Assembly (NCBI GenBank): GCA_000165425.1
Contig: CT868028.1
Span: 114,835-178,834 of the forward strand
Origin: Paramecium tetraurelia
Taxonomy: Eukaryota
DNA: 64,000 bases
Direction of reading: 5' to 3'
Shown here: positions 18,403 to 28,527 of the stretch, in pieces
Layout: the number at the start of each line of letters is the position of its first letter
How positions within the stretch are numbered: position 1 is the stretch's first letter
The notes under the pieces: model-generated
The model's input: only the letters and a program-made list of their open reading frames with translations
Databases searched by the model: none
What the model was told of the DNA's origin: nothing
Position numbers and translations under genes: made by a program

Positions 18403-19691
18403 TCATCTGAGTGACCTATTGAAAGTTGCTAACTTCTCCACTCCTTTGATCAATTCAATTTACTGGAGGGGAGTTAATTATTAGGTGAATTAGTTGACAT
18501 TCTCCTCTACTTCTTATTGAATTAATTTCAACCTTTTCATTTCTGTATTGAACTTTAATAATAATCTACTTATAACAGATGAGAATACTATTAGGATATC
18601 TTTCTATGATTTAATAATTTATCAATTATGGGGAGTACTTTATAAATCAAATTCTCGTCATCTAATTTGGTTTGTTTTTTTACTATTTCAACGTAGGTAT
18701 TGAATTCGTCGTCATCTAAAATGATATCAAACACAATAGTACAATTCTTAACATCCTTATTGAAACTAATCAGTTGCAAACCATAATTTCCTTTTAAGAA
18801 ATTCCTCTGTATATTTTTAACTGCATATTTAAAATAGTCTCTCCTTTTGATTCCACAGGTACCATACCTCATCTAATAGTTAATAGCCATGAATACCAAA
18901 TATGAATCTAAAATAAGCTAAGCCTAATCAGATTATCTGCATTATATAATTTGATCAATGGCATTGGAATTCCCAATGATCATGCTGTTTAGAATGGGAT
19001 GGGAAGTGAGCAGTTAAGTCAAATACTCAAAAGACTGTCTTGTTGTTTTTTTATATTCCTGTATTTTTTAATCCAAATCTGAAACCTAGTGTTAAGAGTG
19101 CAATGTTACCTTCTTCTCCAATAACTTCAAATACACCTTCTTTCGTAAACGTGAATTCTTAGCACTTTGCCTTAATCGCTTATTCTTTGACTCAGCAGTC
19201 AACAAATCATTCGCAGATCCCAAGAGTCCGGCCAAACCGAATTTCTATTCCTTCGATACTTCCTCTGATGAACTGTCTCCTTGTAAATCCTCCTGCAATT
19301 CCTCATCCAAGAGTTTTTCGCCTTCTACACTGAGCAAGGAGGTAATTTTTTTGATGTAGGCATTTTTGACGTTACCCTTAATTTCCTGTATTTAAGGGGT
19401 CTGTTCTTTTATACTGGCATTAGATTGAATTCTCTGGAGTGTCGATTTGGTCTTCTTGATCTTTTTGCTTTCTTGAGTGATTTATGAATTTATGAAGTTG
19501 TTCTGCAGTACATTCTAAGTGAATAGACTTTGCAAATTCAGCATCCTCTACTATTCATGTAATTGCTAGAGCAGTCTAGCATTTTGTGCCAGCAATTGAT
19601 CCTACGTGAGGGCTTATTGTAGGAAGGGAATGGTTGATTAATTATTTAAGGTTTGTATAAATTAATCTAATTCTTCTGCAGGTTATTACAT
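18403..19691 (-). CDS. bZIP-domain transcription factor
   Basis: Basic region and zipper KNKRLRQSAKNSRLRKKVYLKLLEKK/VSDLDQKIQEYKK across a 24-nt intron; Gln-rich N-terminus. Confidence 0.8.
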
Positions 19692-19957
19692 ATATATATT
19701 TATTATTTATCTTAGATGGTCTATTCATTATATTAATAATGCCTATGACATTTAATTGCAAAATCATGTGAACCACATATTCAGACAGTTCCTTATTTAT
19801 ACTTTCAATTTATGACATGGATTCTGAGAATCAATTAATAGATCGAGATGATCTTTTTAATATCTGTCAATTAATAAATTTGGTGAAATAAATTGATGGA
19901 GTAAAATGAGTTATGATTCACATGAAACAAAAGCAGAAAACTAAACACAATAAAAGA

Positions 19958-20558
19958 TCAAAGTTTTTTGTAGCGAGTGTATGTAAGGATAGAGTACAAA
20001 AGCGAGATGACTAGCATTACAACTACGATTATCAAGTAAGACGTGGGTACAAAGTCGAACTGTGCCATCAATCTAACTGCTGCCTCATTAAAAAATTAGT
20101 TTACTAAAACTGTAGTTTGTATTACTAGTCAAGTTGTATTGAGTATTGATATACAAACGCTCATAAATAGTGAACTCTTCGATCTCCTCTCCATCTAAGG
20201 ATAGTTACACATCAAGCAACAGAATATCAGTTTTGGAAAACATTTGCACACTAATTGGAGGATCCCATGTTTATTCCATCGTAAATATTCCTCCTTTCTG
20301 GGATACATCTAACTCAATATAATCTGCCTATAGAACTATAGATGGAATCATTAGGGCCAGAAAGAAGAATGCTATGAGCTATTATGTTTTCAATGTACAC
20401 AGTAATATATGCAAAATTATTCTTCTACGGAATATCTAGAAGTACTCCTACAAACTCTCTACAAATGGATCTTGTCTTGAGTGCTCTTTCTCATGTAAGA
20501 AGTACTTCTATTTGATTGGTTGAAATTCAACTCCTAATTACCCTTAATGTTCTTTCAT
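19958..20558 (-). CDS. Hypothetical membrane protein with two TM segments
   Basis: Hydrophobic LIAFFFLALMIPSIVL near the N-terminus and YLIIVVVMLVISLLYSIL near the C-terminus. Confidence 0.55.
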
Positions 20559-20584
20559 TTAATTATTATAATTTAATTATATAA

Positions 20585-20758
20585 ATGTGTCCAACCTCCG
20601 AAATACAATTGGTTATAACTTGTAGACGCAAATTATCCAACCCCTCTTTCTTCTAAGGAACCATTAAAACTCTGATCTACAAAGGAGTTGATAATCGAAT
20701 CTACTTTGATTGTAATGTAGAAATGAGCGAAGAAACCTAAAAAAGCATAGTGCAATGA
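20585..20758 (+). CDS. Possible small ORF (57 aa)
   Basis: MCPTSEIQLVITCRRKLSNPSFFQGTIKTLIYKGVDNRIYFDCNVEMSEETQKSIVQ*; higher GC than flanks; no homology recognised. Confidence 0.3.
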
Positions 20759-20921
20759 CGACAACAACAGAATTCAGAGTTCAACTTCTATTTGATTTTA
20801 ATTATCCGTTAGAATGATTTAATTTTAAATATAGAATACAATTTGTTAGTGTGTGAGTTTTTTATATTGGAGCAGTGAAAATTTTCAATTTCAATGATAA
20901 AATCGAAAATGGCAAAATTAA

Positions 20922-21789
20922 TCAAACTTAAGATTTTTTCTTTATCTTTTTATTTATCTAAGTATTTTATTAATTCTTTTTTTATTTCTTTTGTGGCATC
21001 CTTCTGTTTTCACATTCCGTACATTAGCAATGAGATGTGCACTTCTTTCCCCTAATGAAGCATTCACAGTAACCTTTTACACATTTTGTCTTTTTGCACT
21101 TACAGCCCCACACTTATTTAGTATCGAAGGAATCCAAATCATGATGTGATGCTCTCTGTTCTTTTATCTTAATTTATTCAACTGCCTTTTAAACTTCTTC
21201 CTCGTGTTGCCCATCATTATAACAATCGTTGCATCTGCATTCACTCATGCATCGACGCCGATTATGAAAACAAGAACAATATAATTATAAACAATGAGTC
21301 TTTGTGCAATGACAAGGTTTCATCTCGTCTTATTCCACAGGAGAATCATCAACATTATAATTTGCTTTATTCCCTTTTCTTCTCGTTTGAATCTATTAAA
21401 TAGTTGGTATTTCCTATATTTCAAACTATCTTATTTCAGACACAGCCTCCTATTGAACTTTCCTCTCCTGTTTCTTAGGAGGAGAATATTTCATTGGACT
21501 CATGCCTTCTATTGACATTGGTTTCTTTGTTTGATTTTGACAGTCATCTATCGACATTTGTGAACTATTCAAATCATGCCCATCTATACATATATAGCAT
21601 TAGTTTAGGCACTGGAACATCCTCTATTAATTCAGCAGATGACAATTAACTCTGAGTTTGCGGCCTTACTAATTCCTATTTAACGTTATCCCGCTATTCA
21701 TTATCCTTCGGCATAAATAAATCCTCATGCTTTGCCAAATCATTAGATGATGAAATATACATTCCATTTTAGCTCTCTTTATTACTCAT
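20922..21789 (-). CDS. CRC/CXC (tesmin/TSO1/LIN54-like) DNA-binding protein
   Basis: PCHCTKTHCLQLYCSCF..C..EC.C.DCYN and GCKCKKTKCVKGYCECF..C...C.C.ECEN. Confidence 0.9.
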
Positions 21790-22096
21790 TCTTTAATTTT
21801 AATAAAAAAACAATAATTTTTTAAACAGTTTCCATTATTGCATTAGAAAATGCTAATATATAAACTTTTTTATAATAATCTAACATTAACGCCACTACTC
21901 AAAAGCTATTTCTTCCTTAATCCTTTAAATTGTATCCCTCCCTCTCCTTTTCAAAGCATCTAGAATGCTCCGTCAAGATTCATTTGATGTAGAAGATCTA
22001 AATTTTAGTATTAATTCTAATTATTCTATTATTATTAAATAAAAAAAGAGCAATTCGACAAAAATACAAACAATTATATATACGTTAAATTAATCA

Positions 22097-22992
22097 ATGA
22101 ATTTGGAAGAAATTCTTCTGCACCTGTTTGATAAGACCTTAGACTCTAGTTCCAATGATCATCTGTAAACCATTTTAGCCAGTCAAGCCAAGATTATACA
22201 ATTGAAAAAGGAGAATGTCACTCCAACCATTATCCATTAGAAATCATCAATATAAAAAAAATTAGATACCTTAGATAAGAAAATTCTTAACAGAGATAGT
22301 CTTAAAAGTAAGAGGAAATCAAAAAATGACAATGTTTTCAAAACTGCCTCCCAACATGAAAATGATAATACATAAAAGTTCGTAATCAATAATAATGAAG
22401 ATTAAAAAGATCAATCACTACTAAAATTATAGAACAAACAATTGTAAACTCTGATTGCCTCACTGGAATTTAAATAAAGAGAAAAATACTTACAAAATTG
22501 CAATCGCATCAGATAAATTCAATAAGAGAAAGAGAAATTATTAGAGAACAATACAAACTTGAATGAAAAATAAGAAAAACTCAATCAAAGATCATAAACT
22601 CTAATGTAGAAATAAGTGATTTTAGAAAAACAAGAAAAGTAAATGCAATATTAAGGATTATGCATATAACAAAATTAATAAGAATAGTAAAAAAATGTAA
22701 TAAATTTTATTATTAATTTTAGGATGAATTATTAAATGAAAGGAGAGAACACATGGAAGGATTGCAGATGAAACTTAATGAATTCGTTAGTCAGTTATTA
22801 AATTTGGCAAATTCAAAAAATAAAGTCGAAAATTAATTGCCTATATAATTTGATGCTATTGAATTCCTGATTCAATACATTCTAAAAGAAAGATCTATAC
22901 TGCAATCAGAATAACAATATCTAAGGAAATTTAAGTAGGATGTTCTAAATGAGAAAAAGCATGTCTTAGAATTGAAAGATTAATTTTCATGA
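22097..22992 (+). CDS. Hypothetical coiled-coil protein, probable paralogue of 37958-38893
   Basis: Code-6 ORF with intron ~22697-22722; N-terminus LLHLFDKTLDSSSNDHLQTILASQAKIIQ. Confidence 0.65.
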
Positions 22993-23122
22993 TTTCAAAC
23001 TTTTAAACAATTTTTCATTTGTCATATCTAAATAATTAACTTATTTGTAGCGATAATGATAAATTCAATAATGAAAATTACATTTATATAAAACTTAATA
23101 AATATTATTTAATTAAACTCTT

Positions 23123-24400
23123 ATGCAATAATTGGAAACTCAATATTGCTATTATAGCAATTTCAATTTATTTGAAAGCACATCTCAATTGTTAAAGAGA
23201 GATAAGTTTGTTAAATCATTATTGCTAACTCTAGGAGAGGAATGGCGCATATATGCTGGACAAGCAATCACTATAGAATTAGATGGATAAGTACATCATT
23301 TCGCATGGCAATTTTGTTTTGAGAATTTACTTTTTGCTTGGTTAGAGAACGAAGATACACCGTATTTAGAATTTTATGATAAATCAATTTAACGCATAAG
23401 TCCTTATAATATAGGTATCAATCAAATAATTTAAATTAGATGTGGTTTATTTTAGGCCTGTTTTTGATGGTTTCTTCTATTCTGCTTAATAATTGTGGTA
23501 AAAAATGAGATTGAGCAGACCACCCTCCCAAGAATCCTTCAAATCTTTAGATCAAATTAAGTAAGAGGAAATTAAACCAATGTCAAATATTCTAAAACCA
23601 TTGGTGGTTGTAAGTGAAAGGATTATCAATTATTTCAGAAAAGAAGAGCAAGCATAGCCTTAAAGAATGGAATATCCATAATACTAATAGCCAAGTTGGA
23701 AACAAATCTCTAAACTCACAGAAGATTCTTTGCCTCTTGAATTGATCGAGAATGCATACATCTACGTCAGTTAATTCATTCAAAAAACATACAAGAATTG
23801 TCAAGTAGCAAAATCATTCATCGTTAATATTATTGAACTAAATCATGATGCGCTTAGCAAATTCCAAATCTCAAATTAACAAATCAAAATTAGAATAATG
23901 TAGCCATCTTGTTTGATGTACGATAATTTACTATCAATTTGGACGTTAGCAAATGCAGGTATTTAACCTCAATACTTTGATCTTATCGACAGGGCTAAAT
24001 CTTTATTGGGTAATAATTGGAAAGACAATTATTAATAGCCTGTGGAAGTGTTTTTTTAAATGATGTCCAAACTGCATGGCAGCATCATTCTAAATCCATA
24101 GATAAAGTCAGAAGATTAATTAAACCATTTGCTATAGAATATGAGAATTCAAATGGCTCAATTGTGGGAATAAGAAATAGTTTAATCAACTTTAGAAAAA
24201 TAATGATTAATGTTATATTGTGTATAAAATGTGAAATATTTCAATTTAATTCAGAAATGATTAACCCTCAATTGATGGAAAGTGGAGAACAGAGATTTTC
24301 CAAGATCTAGTGCTGAACAAACTCTTTGATTAACATTTAACCTTGGAGGAATTTGTCCTATTAATCTTCAAGAATTTTTCCATCAAAATTGTTTAATTGA
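23123..24400 (+). CDS. Hypothetical protein (3' end uncertain)
   Basis: Long code-6 ORF MQQLETQYCYYSNFNLF... with 25-nt intron at ~23415-23439. Confidence 0.5.
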
Positions 24401-24880
24401 AGGATATATTTAAATTTAACCTAAATAAATCAATCTATTTCAATGTAATTAGATCACTACATCAAAAATAATTACGAGTTGTTATTTGAGGATCTTAAAG
24501 ATGTAAGATTCAAAGTATGAAAAGAAATATTAACACTGTGATAACATTTCATAATTGAAGCCTTAAATAAACTGTAGTTAATTAAAAAGATTTAAGGAAG
24601 AATATCTCACTAAATATTGTGATAAGTGAACAATATAAGATATTATTTTTAAATTCTTAATCCTTTTACTTAAACTATAGAAATAAAAATAAAGTTAATC
24701 AAATTAGAGGATTATATGAATTATGTATGTTAAGTAAAAACAATCCAAATTGAAATAAATACATTAAATACGAATAATTGGATTATAAATATTAGATGCT
24801 TATATGAATTTTTTCTGTTTTAAGATATAAACTAATAATTTTATATAAATCTTTTCATTATGAGATAAAATTTTAAAGAA

Positions 24881-24951
24881 TTGACCGTCGCACATAGGAA
24901 GTGCAACTGATTGTAGCTCAGAAGGTTATGGTTCGATTCCATATGGTCAGA
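24881..24951 (+). tRNA. tRNA-like gene 1 (subtype A), loop TTGTAGC, nominal anticodon GTA (Tyr)
   Basis: TTGACCG-TC-GCAC-ATAGGAA-GTGC-A-ACTGA-TTGTAGC-TCAGA-AGGT-TATGG-TTCGATT-CCATA-TGGTCAG-A folds as a cloverleaf; T5 run downstream. Confidence 0.8.
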
Positions 24952-25118
24952 ATGTTTTTATAATCATAACTTTTTTATTTTACAAGAATAACTTGATAAA
25001 TTCAAGATAATTTCAATTATCACGCAAATCTTGTTATATTATTACTTTATGATAGTGAATAGATACTAGATTATTCTAACTTAATTAATATAATCCTTTA
25101 TGAGATATTTTTTAATGA

Positions 25119-25189
25119 TTGACCGTCGCACATAGGAAGTGCAACTGATAGGATGTCGGAGGGTTATGGTTCGATTCCATATGGTCAAG
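25119..25189 (+). ncRNA. tRNA-like gene 2 (subtype A), loop TAGGATG, nominal GGA; lacks U33 and purine 37
   Basis: 4 differences from gene 1 outside the loop; perfect B box GGTTCGATTCC; T-run terminator. Confidence 0.8.
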
Positions 25190-25311
25190 ATTATTTTTAT
25201 TAATACTTTTATTTTTAATTTAAGACCATTTTACATAACCAACTATTAATACATCCAAGAATTCATTAAATTATTGTATTTTAGTTATTACTTATTTATA
25301 ATATCATAGTA

Positions 25312-25383
25312 GTGATCCTCGCACAAATGGTAGTGCAACCGAAAGACAATCGGAGGGATATGGTTCGATTCCATGGGGTTACA
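25312..25383 (+). ncRNA. tRNA-like gene 3 (subtype B), loop AAGACAA, nominal GAC; lacks U33
   Basis: GTGATCC/GGGTTAC acceptor, GCAC/GTGC D stem, CCGA/TCGG anticodon stem, TATGG/CCATG T stem. Confidence 0.8.
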
Positions 25384-25549
25384 ACTTTTAATCATAACTT
25401 TTTATTGTGAATTGAAGGTTATTTAAAAAATAACTTTAGAAATTCAAGAAATTCTTATTTATATTGTGAATTTTTGTATTATGATGTTAATAGATATTCG
25501 ATAATTATAAGAAAATTCAGATTTAAGCTAATGAAAAAATATTCAATGA

Positions 25550-25620
25550 TTGACCGTCGCACATTGGAAGTGCAACTGATTGCAAGTCAGAGGATTATGG
25601 TTCGATTCCATATGGTCAAT
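25550..25620 (+). tRNA. tRNA-like gene 4 (subtype A), loop TTGCAAG, nominal anticodon GCA (Cys), U73
   Basis: Cloverleaf fully paired except the A27:A43 mismatch; B box and T-run present. Confidence 0.8.
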
Positions 25621-25715
25621 ATTATTTTATTAATACGTATATTTTTAAATTATAACATCCAATAATCAAATAATTTATTTTATTTTTGTAATTATCTATT
25701 TAAAATATCATAGTA

Positions 25716-25786
25716 GGAACCCTCGCACAATGGTAGTGCAACCGATTACATATCGGAGGGCATTGGTTCGATTCCAATGGGTTTCG
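25716..25786 (+). tRNA. tRNA-like gene 5 (subtype B), loop TTACATA, nominal ACA
   Basis: GGAACCC/GGGTTTC acceptor; ATTGG/CCAAT T stem (compensatory relative to gene 3); CTTTTT follows. Confidence 0.8.
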
Positions 25787-25957
25787 CTTTTTATCATATC
25801 TTTTTATTGTGAATTGAGGAATATTTAAAAAATAACTTTAGAAATTCAAGAAATTCTTAGTTATATTGTGAATTTTTGTATTATGATGTGAAAGTTAATA
25901 GATATTCTATAATTATAAGAAAATTCAGATTTGAGCTTATGAAAAAATATTCAATGA

Positions 25958-26028
25958 TTGACTGTCGCATATAGGAAGTGCAACTGATTGCTAGTCAGAG
26001 GGTCATGGTTCGATTCCATAGGGTCAAT
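25958..26028 (+). tRNA. tRNA-like gene 6 (subtype A), loop TTGCTAG, nominal GCT without a long variable arm
   Basis: Same body; G7:G66 and C49:A65 mismatches suggest decay. Confidence 0.75.
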
Positions 26029-26260
26029 ATTATTTTTTAACTAATATAGATTATTATTTAACAATAAAAATATATAAATTAGGGTCAGTCACACTTTTTT
26101 TAAATAACCTATTTATTATGAATTTTATGCATTTGATAAAAAAAAACAATCTAATGTCTAGGTATCTTCAATTATTCTATGAAATTCGCCATTTATTTAG
26201 CTAGTGATTGAATAATTACAAATAAATTAATATTGTAATTTAAAAGAAAAATTTCAATGA

Positions 26261-26331
26261 TTGACCGTCGCATATAGGAAGTGCAACTGATCGCAAGTCA
26301 GAGGGTAATGGTTCGATTCCATAGGGTCAAT
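26261..26331 (+). ncRNA. tRNA-like gene 7 (subtype A), loop TCGCAAG, nominal GCA; C33
   Basis: Same body; G7:G66 and A49:A65 mismatches; T6 terminator. Confidence 0.75.
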
Positions 26332-26660
26332 ATTATTTTTTAATTATTTAGATTATTATAATTAATTAGAATTTAGTGAAAAAAATTTATTTAAGAAATT
26401 CTAGATTATTTTTGAATTATTTAATAATTATAGTGAAATAATTAAAAGAAGTAATTACAAATATCATTTGGGCCCATTCCTTTATTTATATTTTTCAATC
26501 AAACTAATCATAAACAGGATTCAATAACAGTATAATACTTTTATTGAAATTAAATAATAGATTTTTGTTCTCAATAATTCATAGAATTACTATATATTTA
26601 GAACTATAATCTTGAATTGAATAATTATGGTGGATATATTATAAAATTTAACATAAAAAA

Positions 26661-27817
26661 TCAAATCAAATTTTTTCTGCAATTATTTGATCTAGCAGAT
26701 CTTTGTGTGTATCGATGGTATAGAATTCATCAATCTTTTTATCTGGCATAATTTAAGAATAGGTTTTGGTTTAGAATGTAGAAACTAATTTTAGGAAGAA
26801 TAATACTTTTTTCTTAAATATTTCTGATTCTTGATGAAAGCATACATTAGTAATTGGACAAAGTTTAAAGATGCATTAATTTATATTGCAAGGCTTCATC
26901 TACGTCCATATTTGGTTGTTTTTCGTAATACTTGATCATATTATTAACAGTGCTAGTCAATCGATCTAATTATTCATATTATTGAATAATTAGTTGTTCT
27001 TAATATTTTTAGGGAACAGAAAACTATTAATTAAGTCTAACTGTGCCGGATAATTGATCATATGATTCCTTCATAGTTTGTTAAGCTTTTTAATAATCAT
27101 TGCATTGAGCCTCTTCTTTTTTTAAGACTTCAAGCCCATCCTCTGTAATTTTCTAAACCAATCCAACAGTCGAAATGTATTCATTTAGATTTTTAGACAA
27201 ATCCTTTTAACCAGCTAAAATCTATTCAGAAGTATCTAGAACAGATTTGGTATCAATTTGAAAGACTATTTGAGAAATTGGCTAGATCATTTATTACCAT
27301 TATTAGTTTTAAGCAGGTTGATTAATAAAGGTTTTTTCTGTTTCACCGATCTTTAGAGTCAATGCATTATATTTTTCTTTAAAGGCATTAGAATCATTAA
27401 TTAAAGTTTGAATCTAATTTTATTGAGGATATTATAGACCATTCTACATCATTCCTGGTTACTATTATTAAGGCGTGGTAGCAAATAAATTAGGTTATTA
27501 TCCAAAGGCTGGTTATGTGTTTCCAAATAGGTTAGGAGTTGTCGTTGATGTAGGACCAAATAAACCTTAATTTTGAGCTGGTTATCCTAATAATGATGTT
27601 TATCCAAATCCACCTATAGAATAATATATATGGAAATACCTATCCCTTGTTAAGTTTAAGTATTTGTCTATCCAAACATCATATTATTTTATTGCGTTGT
27701 TTATGGATTGTTAAAGAGGTTATTTGATTATTGAGCAGCAGGTGCAGAGAATATGGAATTTGTTTAAGGAGGTTAATTTCCGAATAAACCTTATTATGTT
27801 GCATTTGGATTGAACAT
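26661..27817 (-). CDS. FG-repeat nucleoporin with C-terminal coiled coil (Nup58/Nup49-like)
   Basis: GLFG, MMFG, GFG, GLFG, NLFG, PAFG repeats in a Q/N/T-rich N-terminus, then a helical region; two short introns. Confidence 0.75.
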
Positions 27818-27883
27818 ATTAAATGCTTTAATTATTTGTTTAAATTATTTGAATATTTATTTTAGTAAAATAATGAATAATAC

Positions 27884-28482
27884 TCAATTCAATGGATAGT
27901 TTAAATATTATGTGAATTGAGGAATATATTTCTGAGGATAATGATGACCATATGATAACAAGAGAATTTTATTTTAAAACCTTTCAATGTCAGTCCAATT
28001 AAGTGGCATCAGTTTAAAAACTAATGATGTTAACCCATTTCTATCAAATGAACCACTGCAACTGGAGAAAGTATCACCTGGATAATTTAAATAAAATACC
28101 ATAATTTTCAATGTTAAATGACTCTCCCAAACAAGATGCTTTAAAGTGCATAGATTAACCGTTATACGTCACAAATTATAAAGAGGTGATGTACATTCCA
28201 TCATAAGTGCCAGTCACCTACTATAAATCTACATAACCCATTAAAATTACAATCATCCTTTTCTATAACGAACTCTTCTTCCCATACATAGAAATAAAAC
28301 TTGCTGAGACTATTGGCACAGAAATTATGATCTTTATAGATTTATCTCTATTCATAAAATATTCCTATCGCTACTATATTTTGTTTATTGTATTGGATTT
28401 TGACTCTAGTTATTTTATCTATCATTCCATCATCAAAATCATCCCCCTAGGGTTTACCAATCGATAGATATTTGCCTTCCAT
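27884..28482 (-). CDS. Jacalin-like (beta-prism) lectin domain protein
   Basis: GKPQGDDFDDG...ITRVKIQY...EEFVIEKDDYLQQVTGTYDGMYITSLQFVTYNG...FSSCSGSFDRNGLTSLVF; two 22-nt introns. Confidence 0.7.
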
Positions 28483-28527
28483 CTTTTAAAATCAATATTA
28501 ATTTAATTATATATAATTTATCAAAAG

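Larger units (their letters stand above)
25300..26040 (+). repeat. Two tandem ~405-bp units, each subtype-B gene + spacer + subtype-A gene
   Basis: Spacers 25401-25549 and 25803-25957 align with ~7 substitutions and one 6-nt indel; both B genes are preceded by ATATCATAGTA. Confidence 0.85.

Noticed and set aside
24881..26331. CRISPR-like repeat-spacer reading of the array
   Set aside because: The repeats are full tRNA cloverleafs, the spacers are long, AT-rich and homologous to each other, the host is a eukaryote and no cas-like genes are present
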